This document shows positions 10,344 to 22,122 of a DNA stretch of 64,000 bases, one piece after another; positions within the stretch are counted from its first letter, which is position 1; each line of letters opens with the position of its first letter. A program made the position numbers and the translations under genes. The notes below the pieces were generated by a model, which was not told the DNA's origin, made no database searches, and saw only the letters and a list, made by a program, of their open reading frames with translations. The DNA lies in NCBI GenBank assembly GCA_965205525.1, contig OZ242171.1:1374269-1438268 (forward strand), read 5' to 3'. The stretch is from Gammaproteobacteria bacterium (lineage in GTDB: Bacteria; Pseudomonadota; Gammaproteobacteria; JABABF01).

Positions 10344-11872
10344 GGCCGCACTTCAACCGGTTCTGCCCGGGCGGCGATTTTCTCACGCCATATCGCCGGC
10401 CCGGTGGTGTGCACCGATTCGCCATTCACATCCACCGCCACTGTCACCGGCATGTCCTGCACCTTAAACTCATAGACAGCCTCCATGCCCAGCTCCGGGA
10501 AGGCCAGCACCCGGGCCTCCTGAATTGCCTTGGCCACCAGGTAGGCGGCGCCGCCGACGGCGATCAGATAGACCCGGCGATGGCGGCGGATCGCCTCTAT
10601 CCCCTTAGGCCCCCGCTCGGCCTTGCCGATCATGCCGAGGAGACCGGTATGCTCCAGCATAAAGTCCGTGTACTTGTCCATGCGGGTGGCGGTGGTGGGA
10701 CCCGCCGGCCCCATCACTTCGTCGCGCACCGGATCCACAGGCCCGACGTAGTAGATGAAGCGGCCTTTGAAATCCACTCCCTCCGGCAGGCCCTCACCGC
10801 TTTCAATCAGCTCCTGAATGCGGCGGTGGGCTGCATCGCGGCCAGTCAGAATGCGGCCCGAGAGAAGGAGGGTATCCCCGGGCTTCCAGGCCGATATCTC
10901 CTCGCTCTCTAAACGATCCAAATCCACTCGGCGCGCCCCCGGCCCCGCTTCCCAGGCGATGTCCGGCCACTCCCCGAGGGAGGGAGGCGTCTGCAGGGCG
11001 GGGCCGCTGCCGTTCAGAGTGAAATGGGCATGGCGGGTGGCGGCACAGTTGGGAATGAGCCCCACCGGCAGGGAGGCGGCATGGGTCGGGTAATCCAGCA
11101 CCTTGACATCCAGCACCGTGGTCAGCCCCCCCAATCCCTGGGCGCCGATGCCGAGAGCGTTGACCGCATCCATCAGCTCAAGGCGCAGCTCCTCGGCGCG
11201 ATTGCGGGCGCCCCGGGCACGCAGCTCGTGAATGTCAATGGGGGCCATCAGGGCTTCCTTGGCCAGCAAGAGCGCCTTCTCCGCGGTGCCGCCGATGCCG
11301 ATACCGAGGATGCCGGGGGGACACCAGCCCGCCCCCATAGTCGGCAGCATTTGCTTTACCCAGTCCACGATGCTGTCGTTGGGCTCCAGCATGGCCAGAC
11401 GGGCTTTATTCTCCGAGCCGCCCCCCTTGGCCGCCAAGCGCGCCTCCACTTTGTCCCCGGGGACGATCTCCACATGCACCACCGCCGGGGTATTGTCGCC
11501 AGTATTTTTTCGCTTGCCCGCCGGGTCTTCCAGGATGGATGCCCGCAGGGTGTTGTCCCGGTCTTTGTAGGCCCGGTGCACCCCCTCATCCACCATCTCC
11601 TGAATGCTGTGCTCGCTCTCCCAGCGCACCTCCATGCCGACTTTCAGGAATACCACCACGATGCCGGTATCCTGGCAGATAGGACGGCGGCCCTCGGCGC
11701 ACATCCTGGAGTTGGTCAGGACCTGGGCGATGGCATCCCGAGCCGCTGGCGATTCTTCCCGCTCGTAGGCCTCGTGCATGGCCTGAATAAAGTCCAGCGG
11801 GTGATAGCAGGACATGAATTGCAGAGCATCTGCCACACTGGCGACAAAATCCTGCTCGCGAATAAGGTTCAT
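10340..11872 (-). CDS. Class I (Fe-S) fumarate hydratase
   Basis: RPICQDTG, KGGGSEN, WCPPG, NCAATRH, GPTTATRMD. Confidence 0.96.
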   Translation of the reverse strand: MNLIREQDFVASVADALQFMSCYHPLDFIQAMHEAYEREESPAARDAIAQVLTNSRMCAEGRRPICQDTGIVVVFLKVGMEVRWESEHSIQEMVDEGVHRAYKDRDNTLRASILEDPAGKRKNTGDNTPAVVHVEIVPGDKVEARLAAKGGGSENKARLAMLEPNDSIVDWVKQMLPTMGAGWCPPGILGIGIGGTAEKALLLAKEALMAPIDIHELRARGARNRAEELRLELMDAVNALGIGAQGLGGLTTVLDVKVLDYPTHAASLPVGLIPNCAATRHAHFTLNGSGPALQTPPSLGEWPDIAWEAGPGARRVDLDRLESEEISAWKPGDTLLLSGRILTGRDAAHRRIQELIESGEGLPEGVDFKGRFIYYVGPVDPVRDEVMGPAGPTTATRMDKYTDFMLEHTGLLGMIGKAERGPKGIEAIRRHRRVYLIAVGGAAYLVAKAIQEARVLAFPELGMEAVYEFKVQDMPVTVAVDVNGESVHTTGPAIWREKIAARAEPVEVRP

Positions 11873-12648
11873 AACGGTTCCTCTTGCAGCCCTCCGGAAG
11901 AAGGCACGGACGGACGAGAAAGATTTTCTGCCATCTCCTGCAAACGCAAAAGACGCTCATTCAACTCCGGGCGCCAGGCGTTAATGCCCTCCACCCACTC
12001 TTCGCTGGCACCCACCCGCTGCTCCAGCAGCTGCACGGTGCTCTGCAGGCTCTGCAGCAGCTCGCGGACCTTCTGCTGACCGCCCTCCAGGCGCGCCGAG
12101 CGCTCCACTCCCTCCTGCAGGGCCGTGACCTGCACGCCGATGCCGGCCACTTCGCCGCGCAGGCGCTCGGCGGTCTGCTCCAGGGACTGCAGACCTTCAC
12201 GCAGCAGAGCCCGGACCCCCTCCGCACCTTCGGCGCTCTTTCGGTCCTGGCGCAGCGCATCCCATAATTTATCCACCTCCGTGTAGAGCTCCCGGATGCC
12301 GACTGCGACACTCTCGCTGGACTGGCTCAGATCCTCGTGGGTGCTGGACAGGCTGCCCTCTATGCCCAGCAGGCGCTGCTGCTGGTCCGCCACCTGCAGT
12401 GTCATGACGCGCCACTCTTCAAACAGCCACCAGCCGCCGCCACCGGCACCGAGCAGCACCAGCAGCAGCAGCAGCGCCGGCAGCAGGTACTGATCGCCGC
12501 CGGAAGATCTCTTGCCGCGAAGGGAGTTGCGTTCCTGGCTGCGGGGGACAATATTTGAAGTGTCGCGGGATTCTTCGACGCTATCACCCAGTTCCGGCAT
12601 GACAGCCCCTGGCATTTCATCTGAAAGGGTGATTATAGCGGCTATCAT
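11869..12648 (-). CDS. Hypothetical single-pass membrane protein with long coiled coil (start uncertain)
   Basis: TM LLPALLLLLVLLGAGGGGWWLF followed by heptad-rich helix; stop overlaps the fumarase start. Confidence 0.7.
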   Translation of the reverse strand: MIAAIITLSDEMPGAVMPELGDSVEESRDTSNIVPRSQERNSLRGKRSSGGDQYLLPALLLLLVLLGAGGGGWWLFEEWRVMTLQVADQQQRLLGIEGSLSSTHEDLSQSSESVAVGIRELYTEVDKLWDALRQDRKSAEGAEGVRALLREGLQSLEQTAERLRGEVAGIGVQVTALQEGVERSARLEGGQQKVRELLQSLQSTVQLLEQRVGASEEWVEGINAWRPELNERLLRLQEMAENLSRPSVPSSGGLQEEPL

Positions 12649-12781
12649 TCAGGCTAAAGTGCCGACTGGCAGGCCTTCGCCTTGCGCCCAAACAAGGTGG
12701 ATGTGCGTTATAGTAAACACCATAATTTTGCGGGAGCACGCCTCCCTCATTCGTTGTATATTTCGCTTGGAGAACCACACA

Positions 12782-14431
12782 ATGAAAGCTTCTGACCTGA
12801 TGGTGAAATGCTTGGAGAGCGAGGGGATTGAATATATTTTCGGTATCCCGGGTGAAGAGAACGCCGATTTCATAATGTCCCTGGAGAGCTCGAAAAAGAT
12901 CAAATTCATCCTGACCCGCCACGAGCAGGGCGCCGCCTTTATGGCGGAGATTTACGGTCGGCTCACCGGCAACCCGGCGGGATGTCTCGGCACCCTGGGA
13001 CCGGGCGCCACCAACCTGATCACCGGGGTGGCAGACAGCAACATGGACTGCGCCCCCATGCTGGTGCTCACCGGTCAGGGCGCCTCCACCCGGCTGCACA
13101 AGGAATCGCACCAGATCATGGATGTGGTGGGGATGTTCAGGCCAGTCACCAAGTGGGCCCAGACGGTGCTGCACCCGGACAACATCCCGGAGATTATCCG
13201 CAAGGCAGTGCGCCTCGCCCGCAGCGAAAAGCCCGGTGCCTGCCTAGTGGAGCTGCCGGAAGATATCGCCAAGATGGAGACCAGCTGGGAGCCCATGAGC
13301 CCCCGCCGCTACCGGCGGGCAGCGCCGGAGCAGGCGGAGGTGGAGCAGGCCGCCAAGCGCATCACCGCCGCAAAACGCCCCATCATCATCGTCGGCAATG
13401 GCTGCGTGCGGGGACAGGCCAAGGACGCACTGCGACGCTTCTGTGAGCAGACCGGCATCGGCGCGGCCAGCACCTTTATGGCCAAGGGCTGCGTAGCCAT
13501 GGATTCAGAACACTGCCTCTACACGGTGGGGCTCCAGTCCCGGGACTTTATCTCCTGCGCCATTGAAGCGGCGGACCTGATCATCACGGTCGGCTTTGAC
13601 ATGGTGGAGTACCACCCCAGGCTGTGGAACCCAGATGGACAGAAGCCGGTGCTGCACCTGGACTTTCTGCCGGCGGAGATAGATGCCCACTACCATCCGG
13701 AGCTGGAGCTGGTGGGGGATGTGGCGAAGTCCCTCACCATGCTGTGCGAAAGCTTGGCGGGGCAAAACCTCAAATTTGACCTGAGCGGCCAGGCCGCTGC
13801 ACGGCGGGAGATGACTGCCGAACTGGCGATGCACGCCGAAGATGACACCAAAGGCGCCATACGCCCTCAGAAAGCCCTGTGGGATGCCCGCCAGGTGCTG
13901 GGCCCCCATGACATCCTGCTGTCCGATGTGGGGGCGCACAAGATGTGGATCGCCCGCCACTACCATTGCTACGAGCCGAATACCTGCCTGATCCCCAACG
14001 GCTTCTGCTCAATGGGCTTTGCTCTGCCCGGGGCCATCGCAGCGGCAATGGTGTACCCGGAGCGCCGCGTCTTGGGAATCTCCGGGGATGGCGGCTTTCT
14101 GATGAACGTGCAGGAGATGGAGACCGCCAAGCGCCTGGGCTGCCGCCTGGTCATGCTGGTATGGGAAGACAAGGAGTACGGCCTCATCGCCTGGAAGCAG
14201 TCCGGGGAGTTCGGGCGGCACACGGACCTGGCTTTTGACAACCCCGACTGGCTGGGGCTGGCCGCTGCCTTCGGCTGGCACGGCCGACGGGTAGAGCGGA
14301 GCGCGGAGCTGGCGGGAGAGCTGGAGGCGGCATTCCAGGAGGAGGGGCCCTCCCTGGTGATCATCCCCATAGACTACAGCGAAAACATGAAGCTGAGCGA
14401 GCGGCTGGGGCAGATCGCCTGCCCCATCTGA
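12782..14431 (+). CDS. TPP-dependent enzyme, acetolactate synthase large-subunit-like (2-oxoacid decarboxylase subgroup)
   Basis: FGIPGEEN, RHEQGAAFMA, GPGATN, GDGGFLMN; start MKASDL with GGAG RBS. Confidence 0.92.
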   Translation: MKASDLMVKCLESEGIEYIFGIPGEENADFIMSLESSKKIKFILTRHEQGAAFMAEIYGRLTGNPAGCLGTLGPGATNLITGVADSNMDCAPMLVLTGQGASTRLHKESHQIMDVVGMFRPVTKWAQTVLHPDNIPEIIRKAVRLARSEKPGACLVELPEDIAKMETSWEPMSPRRYRRAAPEQAEVEQAAKRITAAKRPIIIVGNGCVRGQAKDALRRFCEQTGIGAASTFMAKGCVAMDSEHCLYTVGLQSRDFISCAIEAADLIITVGFDMVEYHPRLWNPDGQKPVLHLDFLPAEIDAHYHPELELVGDVAKSLTMLCESLAGQNLKFDLSGQAAARREMTAELAMHAEDDTKGAIRPQKALWDARQVLGPHDILLSDVGAHKMWIARHYHCYEPNTCLIPNGFCSMGFALPGAIAAAMVYPERRVLGISGDGGFLMNVQEMETAKRLGCRLVMLVWEDKEYGLIAWKQSGEFGRHTDLAFDNPDWLGLAAAFGWHGRRVERSAELAGELEAAFQEEGPSLVIIPIDYSENMKLSERLGQIACPI

Positions 14432-14451
14432 GGCTGGCAGGGGCAATCGCG

Positions 14452-15891
14452 GTGAAACACTATGACGCCATCATCCCGGAAAGGAGTGCCCCGGGAAACG
14501 CTCGCACCGAGGTGCTCTGCCCCTGGGACCAGAAGCCCATCGCCACCGTGGAGGCATGCACGGCAGCAGATGCCGAGCAGGCGCTCGGCACAGCGGCAAG
14601 GCTGTTTGGGGAGCGGAACGGCTGGCTGGATGCGGAGGCCCGGGTGGGCATCCTGGAGCGGGCGGCTGCACTGCTGCTGGAGCGGGCGGAGGATTTCGCC
14701 CTGCAGGCCGCCGCTGAGGGCGGCAAGCCCCTCATAGACTCCCGGGCGGAGGTGGCCCGGGCAGCGGACGGACTGAAATCCTGCGCCGAGTGCATCCGCA
14801 CCCACGGCGGTCGGGAAATCCCTATGGAGCTGAACGGAGCCTCCGCCCATCGGCTGGCGATGACCCGCCACGAGCCCATCGGCGTGGTCGTGGCCGTCAG
14901 CGCCTTTAACCATCCTCTCAACCTGATCATCCATCAGGCAGGGCCCGCCGTGGCCAGCGGCTGTCCGGTGATTGTCAAACCGGCTGCGGACACTCCCCTC
15001 TCCTGCCTGGCACTGGCGGAGCTATTGGCGGAAGCCGGGCTGCCCCCCGGCTGGTTTCAAGTGGTGACATCGGCGGATAACTCGGTGGCGGAAGCGCTGG
15101 TGACGGACCCTCGCACAGCCTTTTTCAGCTTTATCGGCAGCCCGGGGGTGGGCTGGATGCTGCGCTCTAAACTGGCACCGGGAACCCGCTGCGCATTGGA
15201 GCACGGCGGTGCGGCGCCGGTCATCGTCGCTGCCGATGCCGAGCTGGGGAGTGCCCTGCCTCTGCTGGCCAAGGGAGGCTACTATCACGCAGGGCAGGTC
15301 TGCGTCTCCGTGCAGCGCATTTTCGCTCACCACTCCATCGCCCGGGAGCTGGCCCAGGGGCTGACCGAACTGGCCGAGAAGATGACGGTGGGCGACCCCC
15401 GGCTGCCCGCCACAGAAGTGGGGCCGCTGATCCGCCCTAGGGAAACCGAGCGGGTGGCTAAATGGGTGGAGCAGGCCAGGGCCGGGGGCGCCGAAGTTCT
15501 GACCGGGGGCAAGCCCATCGGGGAGACCTGCTACCAGCCCACCCTGCTGTACAACCCGCCAGCACAGGCGGAGGTCAGCCAGCGGGAAATCTTTGGGCCG
15601 GTGGTGTGCGTCTATCCTTACCGGGAACTGGACACCGCCATTTCCGAGGCCAACAGTCTGCCCTTCGCTTTCCAGGCATCGGTATTCAGCCAGAGCTTAG
15701 ACACGGCCCTGCACTGCTATAGACGGCTGGAAGCATCGGCGGTGATGGTCAATGATCACACCGCCTTTCGCACCGATTGGATGCCCTTCGCCGGGCTGCG
15801 GCAGTCGGGCTTGGGTGTAGGGGGGATCCCCTACACCTTTGAGGATATGCAGATTTCAAAAATGCTGGTGCTGCACTCCCCGGCCCTGTGA
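14452..15891 (+). CDS. Aldehyde dehydrogenase family protein
   Basis: AFNHP, KPA, FIGS, LEHGG, AGQVCVS, EIFGPV. Confidence 0.95.
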   Translation: MKHYDAIIPERSAPGNARTEVLCPWDQKPIATVEACTAADAEQALGTAARLFGERNGWLDAEARVGILERAAALLLERAEDFALQAAAEGGKPLIDSRAEVARAADGLKSCAECIRTHGGREIPMELNGASAHRLAMTRHEPIGVVVAVSAFNHPLNLIIHQAGPAVASGCPVIVKPAADTPLSCLALAELLAEAGLPPGWFQVVTSADNSVAEALVTDPRTAFFSFIGSPGVGWMLRSKLAPGTRCALEHGGAAPVIVAADAELGSALPLLAKGGYYHAGQVCVSVQRIFAHHSIARELAQGLTELAEKMTVGDPRLPATEVGPLIRPRETERVAKWVEQARAGGAEVLTGGKPIGETCYQPTLLYNPPAQAEVSQREIFGPVVCVYPYRELDTAISEANSLPFAFQASVFSQSLDTALHCYRRLEASAVMVNDHTAFRTDWMPFAGLRQSGLGVGGIPYTFEDMQISKMLVLHSPAL

Positions 15892-15927
15892 GTCGGTACG
15901 GCGGGCAGACTGCCCGCCTCTAAGGCA

Positions 15928-16128
15928 GGGCTTCAGCAGGGTTGGGTCAGAGGTACCGAACCATCTAGGATAGAACGCTGTTTCTGTCCCGTCACCCGGG
16001 CCCAAACTTGGGGGACTTTCAGCGAAGGTCGGTCAGAGGTACCGAACCACCTAGGACAGAACGCTGTTTCTGTCCCGTCACCCGGGCACAAACCTGGGGG
16101 GCTTTCAGCGAAGGCCGGTCAGAGGTAC
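15928..16128. repeat. 86-bp tandem repeat (about 2.3 copies) that includes the last codons of the minus-strand gene
   Basis: GGTCAGAGGTAC recurs at 15945, 16031 and 16117; each full unit holds the hairpin GGAYAGAA-CGCTGT-TTCTGTCC. Confidence 0.95.
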
Positions 16129-16799
16129 TGCACCATTGCTGCCAGCACCGCTGACAGCACGAAACCGCCGATTATCACGCCCCGCACGCTGGTGATGCAG
16201 AGGGTGCCCACCTTGCCGAAGAGGGCATTCAACTCCAGCAGGAGAATGAGGAGGATGCCCGCTCCTGAGGCTATCATCATCTCGGGGGAATGGATGGAGG
16301 ATGCGCCCGGCCCGCCCAAGTGGGGGGAGGACACCATGAACAGCAGCATCGGCACTGAGAAGAGGGTGTTGTGCCTGGAGGCACAGCCGGCCCGGGCCAA
16401 GGCACCCGCCGCCTCCGGCATCGGATCTCCCCCGCCTGCGGTATGGCGGGCATTTGCAATGACGATTTTCTGCTTGGGCCAGATGACGAACCAGACATTG
16501 GCTGCCATCAGGGTGCCGAGAAGCGCTCCCATGGCGATATAGATATCCCATCCGCCCCAGAGCAGGTACATAAGCCAGGCACCGGTAAAGAAAGTCATCG
16601 CCGCTCCCCAGCGAAACCACCACAGAGCCCGGGGTGCCAGCTTTTGCAGGACATCGGACTTGGCGGAGGCCTCCGCTTCCTTGAAGTACTCGGTCTGCAC
16701 GAAATTAAAGTAGTACAGCATTCCGATCCAGGCAATTCCGAACAGGATATGCAGCCACCGCCAGAATTCCAGCCATTGGTCAAATATTGCGAGAAACAT
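16119..16799 (-). CDS. Urate hydroxylase PuuD-like (Urate_ox_N) membrane protein
   Basis: RWLHILFGIAWIG..YYF, WWFRWGA..T..TG, NVWFVIWP.Q, SRHNT motifs. Confidence 0.8.
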   Translation of the reverse strand: MFLAIFDQWLEFWRWLHILFGIAWIGMLYYFNFVQTEYFKEAEASAKSDVLQKLAPRALWWFRWGAAMTFFTGAWLMYLLWGGWDIYIAMGALLGTLMAANVWFVIWPKQKIVIANARHTAGGGDPMPEAAGALARAGCASRHNTLFSVPMLLFMVSSPHLGGPGASSIHSPEMMIASGAGILLILLLELNALFGKVGTLCITSVRGVIIGGFVLSAVLAAMVQYL

Positions 16800-16874
16800 A
16801 TTTCTTCCCCCTCACTGTGCTTAGCGACTCTACTAATACCATGACTCCCACTGCAAATGCAAGTGCCAACAACC

Positions 16875-17146
16875 GGAGGGGGGACATTCTTGTCCCCCTG
16901 TCCTCCCGGAGGGATGACATTCTTATCCCCCTTTACTCTTCAAATGGCCGGGGACTAGAAAGTCTCTGCTCCGTTTTCGGGGACTGGAAAGTCCCCCCTC
17001 CTTTTTCGGGGACTGGAAAGTCCCCGCTCCTTTTTCGGGGACTGGAAAGTCCCCGCTCCGTTTCCGGGGACTGGAAAGTCCCCGCTCCTTTTCTGGGGAC
17101 TGGAAAGTCCCCGCTCCTTTTCTGGGGACTAGAAAGTCCCCGCTCC
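16875..17146. repeat. REP-like hairpin cluster: seven 29-bp units GGGGACTRGAAAGTCCCCGCTCC plus a linker and a second hairpin type
   Basis: Units start at 16950, 16979, 17008, 17037, 17066, 17095, 17124; preceded by GGAGGGGGGACATTCTTGTCCCC. Confidence 0.93.
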
Positions 17147-17176
17147 TTTCATTCTTCCCCATAAAACTTTCCCCAT

Positions 17177-17206
17177 AAAAAAAGCCCCGGTTTCCCGGGG
17201 CTTTTT
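17177..17206. terminator. Intrinsic terminator downstream of groEL (bidirectional form)
   Basis: AAAAAAA-GCCCCGG-TTTC-CCGGGGC-TTTTT. Confidence 0.9.
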
Positions 17207-17239
17207 CCCTCTGCTGCCGTGGCAGAGGTTTGGATAGGC

Positions 17240-18889
<1,650 letters not shown>

Positions 18890-18933
18890 CTACTCTTTCA
18901 AAGCACTGCTGCTTGTGGAAAATACTGCGGAAG

Positions 18934-19224
18934 CTATTCAACAACCGCATAGATTTCATCCTCACGCATGATGAGGATTTCATCGTCGTCTAGCCGAATA
19001 GCATCGCGAGCGTATTTGCCGAAAATGACTTTGTCGCCAACCTTGACCGCCACCGGGCGGCGCTGGCCATCATTCAGGACAGCGCCGTCGCCGATGGCCA
19101 GCACTTCACCCTGGTTGAGGCCATCATCTTTGGCTGAACTCGGCAGCACTATGCCGCCGGGAGTTTTCCCCTCTTCTTCCTGCTGGCGCACCACCACACG
19201 GTCATACAATGGACGGATTTTCAT
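18934..19224 (-). CDS. groES: Co-chaperonin GroES
   Basis: [23 protein letters not shown]; directly upstream of groEL. Confidence 0.97.
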   Translation of the reverse strand: MKIRPLYDRVVVRQQEEEGKTPGGIVLPSSAKDDGLNQGEVLAIGDGAVLNDGQRRPVAVKVGDKVIFGKYARDAIRLDDDEILIMREDEIYAVVE

Positions 19225-19341
19225 CTCGTATCCCCTCTATAGCTGCTATCTGCACTGCCTGGGACCGCCCCACCGTTACGCGGCGCGGACACATTAAACA
19301 AGCACCTGAGGGCGCTGCTCGCGCCTCTCGCTGGCACCCGT

Positions 19342-19369
19342 TATTAGGGCAGAATAAAATTTTCCAAGG
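19342..19369 (-). promoter_or_regulatory. Putative sigma-32 (RpoH) promoter of groESL
   Basis: Minus strand CTTGGA-N13-CCCTAATA resembles consensus CTTGAA-N13-17-CCCCATNT. Confidence 0.6.
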
Positions 19370-19458
19370 GGGGCAGCTAGTCAGCTGCCCACCTCGCAAG
19401 GAGCGTATCATAACACACTCGCCCCGCAGGTCGGCAGCGGGGCAGGCACTGGAGCACC

Positions 19459-19845
19459 GGAGCGGGGACTGGAGCGGGGACTGGAGCGGGGACTTTCTAG
19501 TCCCCGGAAATTGTGAAGAGTAAAGAGGGGTAAGAATATTCTCCCTTCGGGAGAAAGGGGGACAGGAATGTCCCCCCTCCCAATGTCTCCCAGAGCGGGG
19601 ACTTTCTAGTCCCCGGAAACGGAGTGGGGACTTTCTAGTCCCCGAAAAAGGAGCGGGGACTTTCCAGTCCCCGGAAATTTGAAGAGTAGAGGGGGGTAAG
19701 AATATTCTCCCTTCGGGAGAAAGGGGGACAGGAATGTCCCCCCTCCCAGCCCCCTCCCAATGTCCCCCAATGGCCCCCAGTTATCATAGGCAGTTTTGGC
19801 GGATAATTAGGCGGAATAATGGAGCAGGCAACTTTCCAGTCCCCG
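19459..19845. repeat. REP-like hairpin cluster, inverted relative to 16875-17146; two ~95-bp REPIN-like doublets plus single units
   Basis: GGAGCGGGGACTTTCYAGTCCCC units; module ...GAAGAGTA...TAAGAATATTCTCCCTTCGGGAGAAAGGGGGACAGGAATGTCCCCCCTCCC occurs twice; 12-bp GGAGCGGGGACT x3. Confidence 0.93.
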
Positions 19846-19878
19846 ACCATTTGTTATTTAAAAAGCAGGCAGAATTAA

Positions 19879-20640
19879 ATGAACATAAAGGGTAAAACCA
19901 TCGTCATCACCGGCAGCGCACAGGGGCTGGGGCGCGCCATGGCCCTGGCAATCGCGGCGAAGGGCGGGCGACTGGCACTGGTAGATCTGCAGCCGGAGGC
20001 TCTGCAGGAAAGTGCCGAACTGTGCCGGCAGGCGGGGGGCGAAGCCCGGGTGTACACGGCCAACATCGCACAGGAAGAAGAGGTGCAAACCCTATTCAGC
20101 GACATCCTGAAGGATTTCGGCTCGGTGAACGCCCTCATCAGCAACGCCGGCATTCTCCGGGATGCCCTGCTCCTCAAGGTGAAGAATGGCGAGATCACAA
20201 GCCGCATGAGCCTGGCCGAATGGCAGGCAGTGATTGATGTCAACCTGACAGGGGTATTCTTAGGCGGACGGGAAGCCGCCTCCTGCATGGTGCGCCAGGG
20301 CATCAAAGGGGTCATCATCAATATTTCCAGCATTTCCCGGGCCGGGAATATGGGTCAAAGCAACTACTCGGCAGCCAAGGCCGGCGTCGCTGCCCTCACC
20401 GTAACCTGGGCGAAGGAGCTGGCCCGCCACGGCATCCGGGTCGCCGGCATCGCGCCGGGGGTGATCGCCACCAATATGACCGCCGCCATGAAGCCGGAGG
20501 CACTGGAGAAGCTGACGGCAACCATCCCCTTAGGGCGTCTCGGCACCCCGGAGGAAATCGCCCATAGCGCCATCTATATTTTGGAGAACGACTATTTCAG
20601 CGGCAGGCTGGTGGAGATGGACGGGGCCTGTCGGCTGTAA
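19879..20640 (+). CDS. SDR oxidoreductase (3-oxoacyl-ACP reductase-like)
   Basis: TGSAQGLG, NAGILRD, YSAAK. Confidence 0.93.
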   Translation: MNIKGKTIVITGSAQGLGRAMALAIAAKGGRLALVDLQPEALQESAELCRQAGGEARVYTANIAQEEEVQTLFSDILKDFGSVNALISNAGILRDALLLKVKNGEITSRMSLAEWQAVIDVNLTGVFLGGREAASCMVRQGIKGVIINISSISRAGNMGQSNYSAAKAGVAALTVTWAKELARHGIRVAGIAPGVIATNMTAAMKPEALEKLTATIPLGRLGTPEEIAHSAIYILENDYFSGRLVEMDGACRL

Positions 20641-20739
20641 TACCCCGCCCTCGCGGAGGCTCCGGCGAATACCCGCCCGCCAAAAACAGTGTATGCCCCC
20701 GCAGCCGAAGGCCAGCGAAAAGAGAGGAGACAAAGAGTC

Positions 20740-22122
20740 TCAGAAACGCACCGCCCCCCCTGTCAAGACCAGGGCGAGGCGTCTCCGCACGGCCAGCAGC
20801 AGGGCCAGGCTCGGCAGCACCATCAGGGCGGTCAGAATAAAAAACAGCCCCCAGTCCCCTTCCAGCCCGTCCACAAGAAAGCCCGAAGAAGCCGCCAGGG
20901 TGGTGCGCCCCAGATTTCCCAGGGAAGCGAGGGCGGCGTACTGGGTGGCGGTATGCACCTTGTCGCACAGCTGGGAGAGAAAGGCCACAAAGGCCACGGT
21001 GGATACCGCCGTGGTGAACTGGTCGGAGACCACCGCCAGCGTAAACAGCCAGGGGACTGGATGCCAAGCCAGAACGGCAAAGAAAATATTGGTCCCCGCC
21101 ATGGCCAATCCCCCTAGGAAAAGCCCCCGCAGAAGACCGTAGCGGGCGCTGAAAATACCCCCCAAAAGGGCAAATAAAACATAGGTCAGAGTGCCGGGAA
21201 ACTTGGCATACAAGGCGATCTCGGAGCGGGAGAAGCCGATTTCCTTATAAAAGAGCAGCGACATGCGTCCGAGAAACGACTCGCCGATCTTAAATAAGAA
21301 GACGATCCCCAAAAGCGCGAGACCGATGCGCAGGCCGTACCGGTTGAGAAAAGCCAGCACCGGCCGCAAGTACAGGCCCAGCGCGGACAGGAGGATATCG
21401 CCGCCATCCTGGGGGGGCAGTCCTCGGCGGCGATCCGCCGGTTCCGGCACAAAGAGATAAAGCAGCAGCATGCCGAGGGCAATCGGCAGCATCTGAAGCA
21501 GGTAGGTCGCCTGCCAGTGACGCTCGGGGAAGATGGGCTGCAGCAGATCCACCAGGCTGAGGGCCAGAGCACCGCCGAAACCGTAGCCCCCCCACCAGCC
21601 GGCGGTGGACATGGCCGCGCCGGCGGCCATCCGCGCCGGCTCGGAGGCGGCGATTAACTCAATGCGAAGGGCGTCTATGGCGACGTCCTGAGTGGCCCCC
21701 GCCAGCGCGATGCAAAGGGCCACTATGGCGATGAAATACAGGTGATCCTGCTCTGCCGGATCCAGCAGCGACAGGAGCACCAGAAGGGCCAGGATCATCC
21801 CCTGCATGGCCAGTATCCAGCCGCGCCGGCGGCCAAAGCGCCCCTTAGCACCCGGGCCGGGAAAGGCATCCACCAGCGGCGCCCACAGCAGGTTCAGCGC
21901 GTAGGCGACAAATACCAGGCCAAAGAGACCGATGCCGCTGCGCTGAATACCCGCATCGGACAGCCAAAATGTGAGCATGGCCCCGATGAGAACCCAGGGA
22001 AAGCCGCTGAGGGCGCCGAGGAGGAAAATACGGGCCATCAGAGGCCCCCGATAGACGGAGACCGCTCGTCGCCAAGAGATGCGCTCGCTGCCTTTGTACA
22101 CTCGTCTCCCTCCGGAGGCCAA
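20740..22122 (-). CDS. ampG: AmpG-family muropeptide MFS transporter
   Basis: LGALSGFP, LWAPLVD, GRRRGW, ATQDVAIDA.RIE, TATQYAAL. Confidence 0.9.
   Translation of the reverse strand: MASGGRRVYKGSERISWRRAVSVYRGPLMARIFLLGALSGFPWVLIGAMLTFWLSDAGIQRSGIGLFGLVFVAYALNLLWAPLVDAFPGPGAKGRFGRRRGWILAMQGMILALLVLLSLLDPAEQDHLYFIAIVALCIALAGATQDVAIDALRIELIAASEPARMAAGAAMSTAGWWGGYGFGGALALSLVDLLQPIFPERHWQATYLLQMLPIALGMLLLYLFVPEPADRRRGLPPQDGGDILLSALGLYLRPVLAFLNRYGLRIGLALLGIVFLFKIGESFLGRMSLLFYKEIGFSRSEIALYAKFPGTLTYVLFALLGGIFSARYGLLRGLFLGGLAMAGTNIFFAVLAWHPVPWLFTLAVVSDQFTTAVSTVAFVAFLSQLCDKVHTATQYAALASLGNLGRTTLAASSGFLVDGLEGDWGLFFILTALMVLPSLALLLAVRRRLALVLTGGAVRF

Noticed and set aside
16950-17146. CRISPR array
   Set aside because: The period is only 29 bp with ~6-nt near-identical linkers. 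There are no unique spacers and no cas genes, so it fits a REP-like tandem.
16787-17164. Repetitive ORFs over the repeat arrays (also 19635-19850, 40348-40689)
   Set aside because: They are translations of non-coding repeat units and have no RBS or domain support.
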